Positions 31,909 through 40,833 are shown, counted from the stretch's first letter. The stretch is DNA of 64,000 nt from a virus (IMGVR_UViG_3300029615_000411:55874-119873); one strand, 5' to 3'. Made by a program: numbers and translations. The notes: generated by a model from the sequence alone, not told the origin.

Positions 31909-32331
31909 TTATTCAACTTTGTCTTGCAAAACAACTTTTGTCTTTGTTATCTTTTCGTGGCTGTACCCCGCAAACTCTCCTGTCGTTACTTCAAGTACAT
32001 TCCAGCCGGTCAGATTCAACCTGTTATCTGATGGATAATGCCTATTCCAATGATATAGAATAAGCTGGTCACCCGCTTTTAGATATGCAGATGGGTTCTG
32101 TCTCTCCACAAAGACAAATTCACCGTCTTTTGCGTTTTCAAGACAATCGTCATCAACAATCAATAACGGAACTTGTTTATCTCGAAACAGTTTAGCTGTA
32201 TAGGTATCAACTCGCAGCGGAGCTTCCCCTACCGTATTGATGATATCTTCGATAACGAAACGGTCAGAACTATTTCTTCTTTTATTAAAAGAAAGACTTG
32301 CGTAATCGTCAACGCAGCAAATATATGTCAT
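31909..32331 (-). CDS. Conserved clostridial-type hypothetical protein
   Basis: CVDD..SLSFNKRRNSSD...ILYHWNRHYPSD...FAGYSHEKIT pattern. Confidence 0.7.
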   Translation of the reverse strand: MTYICCVDDYASLSFNKRRNSSDRFVIEDIINTVGEAPLRVDTYTAKLFRDKQVPLLIVDDDCLENAKDGEFVFVERQNPSAYLKAGDQLILYHWNRHYPSDNRLNLTGWNVLEVTTGEFAGYSHEKITKTKVVLQDKVE

Positions 32332-32455
32332 GAGAGACCCCTCGTACAACTGATTTTTCTATTTATATTATACCACATTTTCTGCCGTTGGTCAATTTTA
32401 CTTTCCCGCATTTTTGTGGTATAATATGAGAAAAGAGTGAAATGGAGAAATCAAA

Positions 32456-33835
32456 ATGGATGTTGCAGAAATTCTAAGACGGAGCAACCAAGCATCATTG
32501 GATTCATTGGTACCGTTGATTAAGATTCAAACCAGAACGGATATGAAACGGTATGCTCAAAATGGATATAGTGTTGGCATCACCGCTAAAGAGTTCTCTG
32601 AAAAATATCCGCTGCTCCCTATTGAGAATATTTATTTTTCTGATAATCTTTTTGACACCTTATATTATGGAGAACTTGACTTCGAAATGCCCATTGTTCT
32701 GAATCTTCAAATATACGGTAACAAAAGATTAGCCGTCAAAGAATCGGATGAGGAATTTCAAAAAAGAGTTCTCGCTACTGTAGCAAATATCAAAACACTC
32801 GACAAAAACAAGCTTTCCTGTTATATAAATAGCCTTAGTGATGGTTTGAGTATGTCGGTGTTGGCAGCTTATGTGAAACGAACAAAACCGTCTGCTGCAT
32901 TATATGATTTTTTCTTTTCTTTCTATAAATACAAAGATTACGGATTTGCGCATTTGGACTTGGAGGACTTTGAGAAAGTCGTTGCTAAAAAATCCGAGAA
33001 AGCAAAGAATAAAACCGCAATGAAAACCAAAGCTTTGCCGGATGTTGTAACAATTTATCGCGGCGAGGGCGATGATTCGACCCCTTATACGAATACCTTT
33101 TCTTGGACAACCAGCTTACAAATAGCAACATTCTTTGCATGCCGTTTCCCGTCACCCAAAGACAGCCGTATCATCACTGCAACAATACCTAAGTCTGCTA
33201 TCATCGAATACTTCCCTGACGCAGAAAAAGAAGTAATTGTTTCTCCATCTTCTATAAAAAATGAAAAGATACAAGTCCTCTATGGAATTGACAGTGTCGG
33301 TCATTATTATAGCGCTTTTGATTCCCTGTATCAAACTTATAGAAGAAAGATAAAAAGGGTTTACATGGATAATAACAGCAGTGACCATGACGCGACACAT
33401 ACGTTAAGAGTTCTTTTTGATGCACTTATGGTAGTTTATGTAGGAGAATATAACCTCACACAAAAAGACCTAAAACGGCTTTGTGATGCGATATTGTATC
33501 ACGATGTCGGCCGAATAAACGAGGATGTCGATGACCTGCATGGTGCGGCATCTGCAAAGATTTACGAGAAAGAGGTATTAGCTCCCGATGCGATTACCAG
33601 TTTCTTGGTACAATATCATTGTATTGATGACAACATTTCCATGCAAGCTATGAAATCGCTTGGGTTTAAGGCCGAAGAAAAAGTGAAACTTCTTTATAAT
33701 ATTCTTAAGGACGCAGACGCTTTGGATAGAACACGGTTTGGTATGAAAGATGTAGACCCTACGTACTTCCGTCTTCCTGTTTCAATTCAGCTTCTTCCGA
33801 CTGCACAGCTATGCGTTGGTTCTTTGGAACTGTGA
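32456..33835 (+). CDS. ADP-ribosyltransferase-like domain fused to C-terminal HD domain
   Basis: IYRG...SWTTS...A.FFA...EKEVIV (R-S-E pattern); HDATH...YHDVGR...HG...KDADALDR (HD). Confidence 0.7.
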   Translation: MDVAEILRRSNQASLDSLVPLIKIQTRTDMKRYAQNGYSVGITAKEFSEKYPLLPIENIYFSDNLFDTLYYGELDFEMPIVLNLQIYGNKRLAVKESDEEFQKRVLATVANIKTLDKNKLSCYINSLSDGLSMSVLAAYVKRTKPSAALYDFFFSFYKYKDYGFAHLDLEDFEKVVAKKSEKAKNKTAMKTKALPDVVTIYRGEGDDSTPYTNTFSWTTSLQIATFFACRFPSPKDSRIITATIPKSAIIEYFPDAEKEVIVSPSSIKNEKIQVLYGIDSVGHYYSAFDSLYQTYRRKIKRVYMDNNSSDHDATHTLRVLFDALMVVYVGEYNLTQKDLKRLCDAILYHDVGRINEDVDDLHGAASAKIYEKEVLAPDAITSFLVQYHCIDDNISMQAMKSLGFKAEEKVKLLYNILKDADALDRTRFGMKDVDPTYFRLPVSIQLLPTAQLCVGSLEL

Positions 33836-33921
33836 CACCACTTTTGTTTTTGACTTGTATTTTGCATCTTAACTTTTAGAAAGTTATAATACAGAAAATG
33901 AGTTAAGATATAAATTAGGAG

Positions 33922-34647
33922 ATGAATATGACAAAACAAGAACTTGTAGAGATGGTTGATAAGGCTGAACGGCTTGCAATCAAGGCTCATGCAGGGCAAA
34001 AGGACAAGGCTGGGAAAGATTATTTCGAAGCCCATGTCGCTGTTGTAGCAAATGGTATAATAGGTGACCCGATAGCAAAAGCCGTCGCGTTCCTGCATGA
34101 TACGGTAGAAGATACCTCCGTCACCATAGAAGATATCAGAGCGGAGTTCCCGAAGGAGGTTGCAGATGCCGTAGACGTCTTAACGCACAGAAAAGGCATG
34201 TCTTATGCTGAGTATCTTTGGCGTATCCAGCAGAATCGTACTGCCGTCAAGGTCAAATTATCTGACCTGCGCAGCAACATGGATACAAAAAGACTTCCGC
34301 AACCTCTTACCGAAAAAGACATATCAAGAACCAAAAAATACAGACGAGCCTATCTGATGCTTGGTGGTGTCAATGACGCTCCGTATGATTGTTGCACAGT
34401 AAACCCTTATGCACTCTATGATTATCTTCTCTCAACTGGTTGGGAAGAAACAGAAAAGCAAAAAGAAATAAAAGGAGTGGTTGTACTAAAAGCGCCGGAC
34501 AGCTCTTTTGTTGTCACCATTCCCATTAACATGGCTTTATCTGAATACGAAAAAATGATGGCAGTTGCTTTCGATAGCGTGTGTTGTTACAAAAGCATAC
34601 CGGCTTCTGATGTTCTTAGAACGCTAATCGACTGGAAGCCACATTAA
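33922..34647 (+). CDS. RelA/SpoT-type HD hydrolase (small alarmone hydrolase-like)
   Basis: AH.GQ.DKAG.DY..H, LHDTVEDT, VKLSD..SN. Confidence 0.85.
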   Translation: MNMTKQELVEMVDKAERLAIKAHAGQKDKAGKDYFEAHVAVVANGIIGDPIAKAVAFLHDTVEDTSVTIEDIRAEFPKEVADAVDVLTHRKGMSYAEYLWRIQQNRTAVKVKLSDLRSNMDTKRLPQPLTEKDISRTKKYRRAYLMLGGVNDAPYDCCTVNPYALYDYLLSTGWEETEKQKEIKGVVVLKAPDSSFVVTIPINMALSEYEKMMAVAFDSVCCYKSIPASDVLRTLIDWKPH

Positions 34648-34784
34648 CGAAAAGATGGCGGCATAGCTATTGAAACAACGAAACCCCGTAAGACTATATC
34701 CAAATTTGGATGTCTTACGGGGCTTTTTTGTACTGTACAATTATAAAATCCTGCTGCAATGGATATCGGCAGCAGGAAAAGTGT

Positions 34785-34937
34785 TTATTCAGTATGATAC
34801 GGTAATGTAATGGAGATAGAGCTTTTTTTGGGTGTTGAGCTTTGTTTGATACGAGCGATTTCTGCTTTGAGCTCATCCTTACTCATACGTTTGATTTCAT
34901 CGGGAATGACGCAAATATCATCCTTATACTTGTACAC
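34785..34937 (-). CDS. 50-aa hypothetical protein
   Basis: GAGGTG RBS, GTG start; MYKYKDDICVIPDEIKRMSKDELKAEI... Confidence 0.5.
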   Translation of the reverse strand: MYKYKDDICVIPDEIKRMSKDELKAEIARIKQSSTPKKSSISITLPYHTE

Positions 34938-34994
34938 TGTATTTCACCTCTGAGAAATCAACTGTGAAATTTACGCTGCATGGGTGCTTGCGTA

Positions 34995-35435
34995 TCATCC
35001 TATGAAACCGTCCCAATAGCCATTCCAGTAAGCTTTATCTTTTTCGGCATTTTTTCTTCTTGCCTCATTTAGTTCTTGAATATCATCACGAGTAAGAGCT
35101 TTATGGTTGCCTGTGAAAAAGAAAAAGCGAATTGGTCCTACCACCAAAGCAACAGTATAAGCCAAAGCACAAAGATGAACAATCAAATTATAATTCTTAT
35201 AAAAGTTCATCCAAAATTCAGAGTATTCATAATTCTCCATAATATATGTATGTACCATATCGGGAGACTTAAAAACAATATATCCAACAATTAAACAAAT
35301 TAACAGAAAAACAGATTCTCTTGTTTTTCGTTTTTTTTCATCTTTTTCTTTTTTAAACACAAAATGAGCCAAAGGCGTAAAAGGATACGTCATCAATTTC
35401 CAAAAAGCATATAACAGCATAAAAAAAACAGTCAT
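34995..35435 (-). CDS. Membrane protein
   Basis: Several hydrophobic segments. Confidence 0.65.
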   Translation of the reverse strand: MTVFFMLLYAFWKLMTYPFTPLAHFVFKKEKDEKKRKTRESVFLLICLIVGYIVFKSPDMVHTYIMENYEYSEFWMNFYKNYNLIVHLCALAYTVALVVGPIRFFFFTGNHKALTRDDIQELNEARRKNAEKDKAYWNGYWDGFIG

Positions 35436-35606
35436 AAATCTGCTCCGCCTACTTCCTATAATAAAATCGAATCATCCAATTTATTTTTATATTTTATTAT
35501 ATAATACAATAACACACACTTAAGTTCAACCGTTTTTACACAAATCTCAATCTGAGACGCATAAAAAACAAGAAGCGCCCTTGCGTTGAAATGCAAAAAG
35601 CGCTTT

Positions 35607-35681
35607 TGGAGCGAACGACTGGAGTCGAACCAGCTTTTGACGGATTTGCAGTCCGCACCCTAACCGTCCGGGACCATTCGC
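35607..35681 (-). tRNA. tRNA-Cys(GCA)
   Basis: Cloverleaf, loop CTGCAAA, encoded CCA. Confidence 0.9.
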
Positions 35682-35815
35682 ATATGGGATTGTGTAGAAT
35701 TCTGTAAAGTATATTACTGTAAACTCTTTTATCTTCCACGAATGCTTTACCTGCAAGCTTTTCGCACTTTTCATATGGTTTACAAGTGTACACAACACAT
35801 AATCCAGCAATCCGT

Positions 35816-35891
<76 letters not shown>

Positions 35892-35894
35892 ACA

Positions 35895-35981
35895 TGGTGC
35901 TTCAGACGGGAATTGAACCCGTACGCCATCTCTGACACCAGATTTTAAGTCTGGGGCGTCTGCCGATTCCGCCACTGAAGC
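35895..35981 (-). tRNA. tRNA-Leu(TAA), long variable arm
   Basis: Cloverleaf, loop CTTAAAA. Confidence 0.93.
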
Positions 35982-36013
35982 ATATGATGGCAAATTATCG
36001 TATTGCCGAACGC

Positions 36014-36090
36014 TGGTACTCTCGGCGGGACTCGAACCCGCAAAATACACATCCTGAATGTGTCGTGTCTGCCAATTTCACCACAAGAGC
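36014..36090 (-). tRNA. tRNA-Leu(CAG), short variable loop
   Basis: Loop TTCAGGA, Leu-type D arm, A73, 5-nt variable region. Confidence 0.85.
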
Positions 36091-36116
36091 ATATATGGCA
36101 GTTTTTATGCTGCCGT

Positions 36117-36194
36117 TGGTATCCAAGGTGGGATTTGAACCCACAGAAAAACTGGTTCCTTAGACCAGCGCGTATGCCATTCCGCCACTTGGAC
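36117..36194 (-). tRNA. tRNA-Leu(AAG), short variable loop
   Basis: Loop CTAAGGA, A73, 7-nt variable region. Confidence 0.85.
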
Positions 36195-36197
36195 ATA

Positions 36198-36273
36198 TGG
36201 CGGGTTGTACAGGGCTTGAACCTGCGACACGCGGATTAACAGTCCGCTGCTCTACCGACTGAGCTAACAACCC
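36198..36273 (-). tRNA. tRNA-Asn(GTT)
   Basis: Loop CTGTTAA, G73. Confidence 0.93.
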
Positions 36274-36302
36274 ATGAATAGCAGTTATCGTACTGCAAGA
36301 CG

Positions 36303-36380
36303 TGGTACTCCCGATGGGACTCGAACCCATAGAAAAACACATTTTGAGTGTGTCGCGTCTGCCAATTCCACCACAGGAGC
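36303..36380 (-). tRNA. tRNA-Leu(CAA), short variable loop
   Basis: Loop CTCAAAA, A73, 6-nt variable region. Confidence 0.85.
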
Positions 36381-36413
36381 ATATTGTGACAGTTTTACGA
36401 ACTGCCAAACGTT

Positions 36414-36489
36414 TGGTGCGCTTGCGGGGACTTGAACCCCGAACCTGCCGATTAAAAGTCGGCTACTCTGCCAATTGAGTTACAAGCAC
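36414..36489 (-). tRNA. tRNA-Lys(TTT)
   Basis: Loop CTTTTAA. Confidence 0.93.
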
Positions 36490-36566
36490 TTGTTGCGCGT
36501 CTACCACATTGTGCTCGGGAATGCAGATTGATTATTTTGACGCCGACACGCTTTGCATCAAAATTT

Positions 36567-36642
36567 TGGTGGGCCATGGTGGGATTGAACCACCAGCCAA
36601 GCGGTTATGAGCCGCCCGCTCTGCCAGTTGAGCTAATGGCCC
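36567..36642 (-). tRNA. tRNA with CAT anticodon, Ile2-like (or elongator Met)
   Basis: GGGCC acceptor; GCGG-CTCATAA-CCGC arm resembles Ile2. Confidence 0.85.
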
Positions 36643-36645
36643 TTA

Positions 36646-36722
36646 TGGTGCCGAATCGGGGACTCGAACCCCGGACATTCTGATTAAGAATCAGCTACTC
36701 TAACCAACTGAGTTAATTCGGC
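36646..36722 (-). tRNA. tRNA-Lys(CTT)
   Basis: Loop TTCTTAA. Confidence 0.92.
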
Positions 36723-36725
36723 AAA

Positions 36726-36802
36726 TGGCGCTTCCGGTCCGGCTCGAACGGACGACCCTCTGATTAACAGTCAGATGCTCTAACCAACTGAGCTACGGGA
36801 GC
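36726..36802 (-). tRNA. tRNA-Asn(GTT), copy A
   Basis: Loop CTGTTAA; identical to 39085-39161. Confidence 0.93.
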
Positions 36803-36875
36803 ATAGTGGCAGCTTTAAAGCTGCTGGATTCCCTATAGGTCGATTTCACGGGTGAACGGCCTTTTCAGGTTCCTG

Positions 36876-36950
36876 TGGCAGAGTCGGCGAGGGTCGAACT
36901 CGCGAATGCGGGAGTCAAGGTCCCGTGCCTTACCGTTTGGCTACGACTCT
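36876..36950 (-). tRNA. tRNA-Gln(TTG) with C33
   Basis: Stem CGGGA/TCCCG, loop CCTTGAC, G73. Confidence 0.85.
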
Positions 36951-37004
36951 ATACATAACATTCACCTTTATGAATGAGGGTGAACGAAAAGGTGAAAGAA
37001 CGCA

Positions 37005-37045
37005 AAACAAAAGCGCCCATCAGACGATACTGTCTGACAGGCGCT
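37005..37045 (-). terminator. Intrinsic terminator-like hairpin upstream of tRNA array
   Basis: AGCGCC...GGCGCT stem then TTTTGTTTT. Confidence 0.6.
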
Positions 37046-37061
37046 CACAATGAAAGCTGGA

Positions 37062-37202
37062 TTATGCGGTTTTACCCGCAGAACTTTCATGTCTACTCAC
37101 CACATAGGCAAGAGCGATTGCAGACAGCACAAAGCCGAGCAGAACCCATAAGCAGTTCCACTTGTTTTGTTTATTAAGATTCTGCAAACGCTGTATAGAC
37201 AT
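37062..37202 (-). CDS. 46-aa membrane peptide preceding tRNA array
   Basis: GGAG RBS; MSIQRLQNLNKQNKWNCLWVLLGFVLSAIALAYVVSRHESSAGKTA. Confidence 0.5.
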   Translation of the reverse strand: MSIQRLQNLNKQNKWNCLWVLLGFVLSAIALAYVVSRHESSAGKTA

Positions 37203-37264
37203 GACGTGTTCTCCATTTGGTTTTTGTTTAATTTAAGGGCACGGTACAAGTTCCTTACCTCATA

Positions 37265-37298
37265 CTTATATTATACCACCGAAATATCGTATAGTCAA
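37265..37298 (-). promoter_or_regulatory. Class II sigmaA promoter for tRNA array
   Basis: TTGACT-N17-TATAAT with GTGG extension. Confidence 0.8.
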
Positions 37299-37316
37299 CA
37301 ACAAATTTGCTATTTT

Positions 37317-37505
37317 TTAATTTTCTGAATTATGCGTATCGGATTCGCATTTTCCAACCTTGTAGCACCAATACATTGCCAACAGGAAGAAGAGCGACAT
37401 CCAGTCATCTGTTGTACTAACGGTACGGCTGCCAGTTACGAGAATCTCTACGGTGGGCCACACAAAATAGCACAACACGAGCCAAACAAGAAATATCATA
37501 TTCAC
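37317..37505 (-). CDS. Small membrane protein
   Basis: GGAGG RBS; two hydrophobic segments. Confidence 0.6.
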   Translation of the reverse strand: MNMIFLVWLVLCYFVWPTVEILVTGSRTVSTTDDWMSLFFLLAMYWCYKVGKCESDTHNSEN

Positions 37506-37634
37506 ATGCCCTCCACTGATTTGATTTTTGGGTGAAAAGATTTACATGGAAGATACCATACAAAACAAAACACATACGAACCCAAAAAAATCAGCCCACA
37601 GAAGAAAGCAGAACTCGTCTTCTGTGAGCTGAAA

Positions 37635-37704
37635 ATTGCTGAGAACAACGGAAACGGAACAGCAATCCTTTATTACGAAGTAGCCGTTTTCCCGCATCAG
37701 CAAT
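37635..37704 (-). ncRNA. Short Y-RNA-like RNA (Y3)
   Basis: Shares GCTGA-TGCGG...CGG-NTACTTC...CCG...TTC-TCAGC module with the RNAs next to the TROVE gene; followed by terminator 37591-37632. Confidence 0.7.
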
Positions 37705-37744
37705 ATTCATGATAAAAGCAGGTATAACCATACTTCCCTGCTCA

Positions 37745-37945
37745 CTCCTCTGTTATTGCAAAGAAGAAGTTTTTCATCCACTGACGAAATAGAATGTCAA
37801 ATATCGTTTTTAGACGACAAGGCATAAACCTAACCATTTACCCTTACAGAACAACAAAACAAATAAAAGACATTGACAATTTACAATAACATCGCCTTTT
37901 AGCACGCTAATGTAATTCTTCTTGTGAAGAGAGTCAGTGGGTGTG
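37745..37945 (-). ncRNA. Candidate pseudoknotted RNA downstream of DIP1984-like gene
   Basis: Four complementary segment pairs, three mutually crossing. Confidence 0.45.
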
Positions 37946-37954
37946 GAATAAGAT

Positions 37955-38446
37955 TTAGATGTCTACATCGAACTCGATGGACATATTCACTTTATCAAGA
38001 GCCATTTGAAGACGAACGAGTTCATCAGAAGTCTTGCGGTACTCGGCTTCGACCAGCGTTGCATCATAGTTGCGCTTAGTGAACTCGGGTTCAGAACGGT
38101 AAACGCTGTTTCGGACGAGTTCGCGTACACCCTTCATTCTGGAAAGGCGATTTTTCTTCTCGGTCAGCATTGCCATGCGAACGAGGGACTCATCGACCGT
38201 GAAATCGAATCCTTCCAGCTTCGTGGTCGTGTTAAAAACGTTGATGCCATGACGCAGATTGGCAATTTTGTCGTTCAGAGCATCCATTTCAGCCTGCGTG
38301 GACGAGAAATCGTAACCCGTCTCAATCGGTGTTTCGCTGGCACCATAAACGGTCGTGCAGGTATCTTTCTCACTGGAAATAAGAGCAGCCAATTCCTCAC
38401 GATACCCGCGAATCAGTTTGTTTGCGTATGCAGATGTTACTTTCAT
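37955..38446 (-). CDS. Coiled-coil protein (DIP1984/DUF6847-like)
   Basis: L...I...N..T, T..E.L, L...L...N helical pattern. Confidence 0.65.
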   Translation of the reverse strand: MKVTSAYANKLIRGYREELAALISSEKDTCTTVYGASETPIETGYDFSSTQAEMDALNDKIANLRHGINVFNTTTKLEGFDFTVDESLVRMAMLTEKKNRLSRMKGVRELVRNSVYRSEPEFTKRNYDATLVEAEYRKTSDELVRLQMALDKVNMSIEFDVDI

Positions 38447-38601
38447 CCCTTGTTCTCCTTTTGGTTCTCTTCAGATTTTTTCGGCCGATAATATTCGTCC
38501 TTGTCGAACGCTGCCACTCGCACACACGCAACAGCAATCGCGACGCAGAACAAAACAATTACCGCAACAAGCAGAATGGAAAAGAATAGCACGAAATTCA
38601 T
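38443..38601 (-). CDS. Small membrane protein
   Basis: AAGGAG RBS before MNFVLFF. Confidence 0.65.
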   Translation of the reverse strand: MNFVLFFSILLVAVIVLFCVAIAVACVRVAAFDKDEYYRPKKSEENQKENKG

Positions 38602-38615
38602 AGGAGTCTCCTTTT

Positions 38616-38703
38616 TGGCGACTTGGGTGGGATTCGAACCCACGAACCGTCTCCGATTTCCAGTTTTCAAGACTGGCTCCATCAGCCACTCGGACACCAA
38701 GCC
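38616..38703 (-). tRNA. tRNA-Ser(TGA)
   Basis: Loop CTTGAAA, long variable arm, G73. Confidence 0.93.
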
Positions 38704-38707
38704 ATAC

Positions 38708-38982
38708 AAGAAGGGGCCTTTCGGCCCCAGTGCCGCAACCGTTTTCGCCACTCGGCACAATTTTCGGTTTGACAACGCCTGTAATCGTTGTGAACTCATT
38801 CGGATTTAATCGCTGTCTGTGTGATGCTATTAAGGAGGTGCAAACACGAATGAGGCGTGTGGAACAGGTCGTTATCTTCGTGGTGTAGTTTAAGAGGTCC
38901 ACACTTATGGATTGTCACGTTCTCGGCGTGACACTGCCAAATACCCGTCCAAGATACATGGCAGTCAATGCGGCAGAACACC
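38708..38982 (-). ncRNA. Candidate ~275-nt multi-hairpin RNA between tRNA-Arg and tRNA-Ser
   Basis: At least six hairpins plus long-range TGCCGCA/TGCGGCA pairing. Confidence 0.55.
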
Positions 38983-38984
38983 GC

Positions 38985-39061
38985 TGGCGCATCTGAAGGG
39001 ACTTGAACCCCCGACCCATTGCTTAGAAGGCAATTGCTCTATCCAGCTGAGCTACAGACAC
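38985..39061 (-). tRNA. tRNA-Arg(TCT)
   Basis: Loop TTCTAA context, CCA end. Confidence 0.93.
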
Positions 39062-39084
39062 AAGTAGCTGCTTTCGCAGCAAAA

Positions 39085-39161
39085 TGGCGCTTCCGGTCCG
39101 GCTCGAACGGACGACCCTCTGATTAACAGTCAGATGCTCTAACCAACTGAGCTACGGGAGC
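39085..39161 (-). tRNA. tRNA-Asn(GTT), copy B
   Basis: Identical to 36726-36802. Confidence 0.93.
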
Positions 39162-39236
39162 ATGGTGGCAGCTTTTACACTGCCGGATTTTCTATGGGTT
39201 AATTCTATGGGTGAACAGTTTTTGTTCACAATCTCA

Positions 39237-39637
39237 TGGTGGAGATGGGGGGAATCGAACCCCCGTCTTGAAAATATTGATTCATTCGATTCTTACGCGA
39301 TAGTCGCATGAATGACAGAATTTTGAACTGCCTGTCGGGTCATGCGGCGAACCAAAGCAGCGGACACGAATGACCAAGCTCCCCCAAGTTTACGTCATGG
39401 GAGTACACAGACTCTTGACGGTTCCGGCTTTATTCTGCGCCGTACATATCTGGCGAATCTTTGAACCTCACACGCTTACCCGCAAGATGGTGCGTTGTCT
39501 TAGCCTCCGTCTGCTTAGTTAAGCAGCAATAGGAGCAGCGTAACGATTAGTGTCAGTTACTTTTTGTGTGGCCCGTGAAGTGGAACCGTACCCGCGACGA
39601 AGGAACCTCCGTTCCCAATCGAAACCTTTACATCCCC
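39237..39637 (-). ncRNA. ssrA: tmRNA; tag (A)DTNRYAAPIAA
   Basis: 5' GGGGATGTAAAGGTTTCGA, 3' T-arm plus ATCTCCACCA with G3-U pair; tag frame 39554-39519 ends AA-stop. Confidence 0.95.
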
Positions 39638-39731
39638 ATAAAGGGCATGTGATTGACAGCACATGCACTGTTTTGTGTGATGGTCACCCATCAGCTCCAC
39701 CACCGGCTTTTTTGCGGAAGCCGGAAACCGT

Positions 39732-39807
39732 TGGTGAGAATTAGCGGGCTCGAACCACTGACCCTCTGCTTGTAAGGCAGATGCTCTCCCTGCTGAGCTA
39801 AACTCCC
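39732..39807 (-). tRNA. tRNA-Val(TAC)
   Basis: Loop CTTACAA. Confidence 0.92.
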
Positions 39808-39846
39808 ACGGAGTCGTCCGCTAAGCGGGCGACATGGAAAAGCGTT

Positions 39847-40035
39847 TTACAGCTCGACCTTCGTGGTCTTGCCGTCAGCATCGACGCAATATACTGCGGC
39901 GTCGGCAGCGTTGACATAAGCGTTCTTAGTGCCCTCGACAGTCTTAACAGCCTTCTGGATATCTTCCAGTTTTACCTGCTTCTTATCTGCGCCGACCTCG
40001 ACATAGATTACAGCAGTTTTGCGTGCAGTAGCCAT
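39847..40035 (-). CDS. Small protein (DUF6465-like)
   Basis: AAGGAGG RBS; IYVE...I...VK...AYV......Y.V.....KVEL pattern. Confidence 0.65.
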   Translation of the reverse strand: MATARKTAVIYVEVGADKKQVKLEDIQKAVKTVEGTKNAYVNAADAAVYCVDADGKTTKVEL

Positions 40036-40100
40036 TGGAATCACCTCCTTCAACGGTATACTTATATTATACCACAAAAGACATATATAGTCAATGAGAA

Positions 40101-40574
40101 TTAACGGTAAAAATTATTGATTTCATCCTCGGTGGCAAGACGAGGTGTTCTGCCATGTTTAATGATAAAGGGCTGGCAATACTTATTGAGCCAAGCTGTA
40201 TCATCTTTATCGACCTGATGGAATGCCTGAACCGTAACGCTGATGCGAACGCCAGCTTTGGCTGCAGCAACAAGAATGTCCCTGCGACCGGGAAGCATCT
40301 CGTAACGGCACTGGTCGTAGAACAGGTACACGAAGGTGTCCTCGTCTGCGGCATACACCGTATCCATCGCAAAACCAATGGCACGAGAAGCCTGAGAGAA
40401 ATCAAAGAAGAACAGGTTCTTCGGATTGATTTCCGCGATGCGAGAAGGCAGCTTAAACCCTACCCAAACGACGACGTTCTTGGGATTAGAGAGAAGATGC
40501 TCAATTTCATTCTGAACATAAATGGTTTTACCTGCACCGGGACGACCGGCATAGACATCGATGTAATGTTCCAA
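40101..40574 (-). CDS. Small P-loop NTPase-like protein
   Basis: Walker A GRPGAGKT; hydrophobic strand plus D (YLFYD). Confidence 0.7.
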   Translation of the reverse strand: MEHYIDVYAGRPGAGKTIYVQNEIEHLLSNPKNVVVWVGFKLPSRIAEINPKNLFFFDFSQASRAIGFAMDTVYAADEDTFVYLFYDQCRYEMLPGRRDILVAAAKAGVRISVTVQAFHQVDKDDTAWLNKYCQPFIIKHGRTPRLATEDEINNFYR

Positions 40575-40591
40575 AATGTTTTCTCCTTTAT

Positions 40592-40732
40592 TTATCGTGT
40601 GTATTTGTGAAGCGCTTTACTTTGTACACATCCTGCGACAGCAAGCACCATTGTACCGAGGAACAATACCACAAAGCTTACGCAGAACGCAGCGAACGCC
40701 ACATGCAAAAGAAATGCTCCGATAGCAAACAT
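40592..40732 (-). CDS. Possible small membrane peptide
   Basis: Hydrophobic ORF right after a class II promoter; weak RBS. Confidence 0.4.
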   Translation of the reverse strand: MFAIGAFLLHVAFAAFCVSFVVLFLGTMVLAVAGCVQSKALHKYTR

Positions 40733-40833
40733 TCTTTTGATATTTATATTATACCACATAAACACATAAAGGTCAATTATAAAACGGCAAAAAGTAAACC
40801 CCCGATGCTGCAATGAACATCGGGGATTTACAA

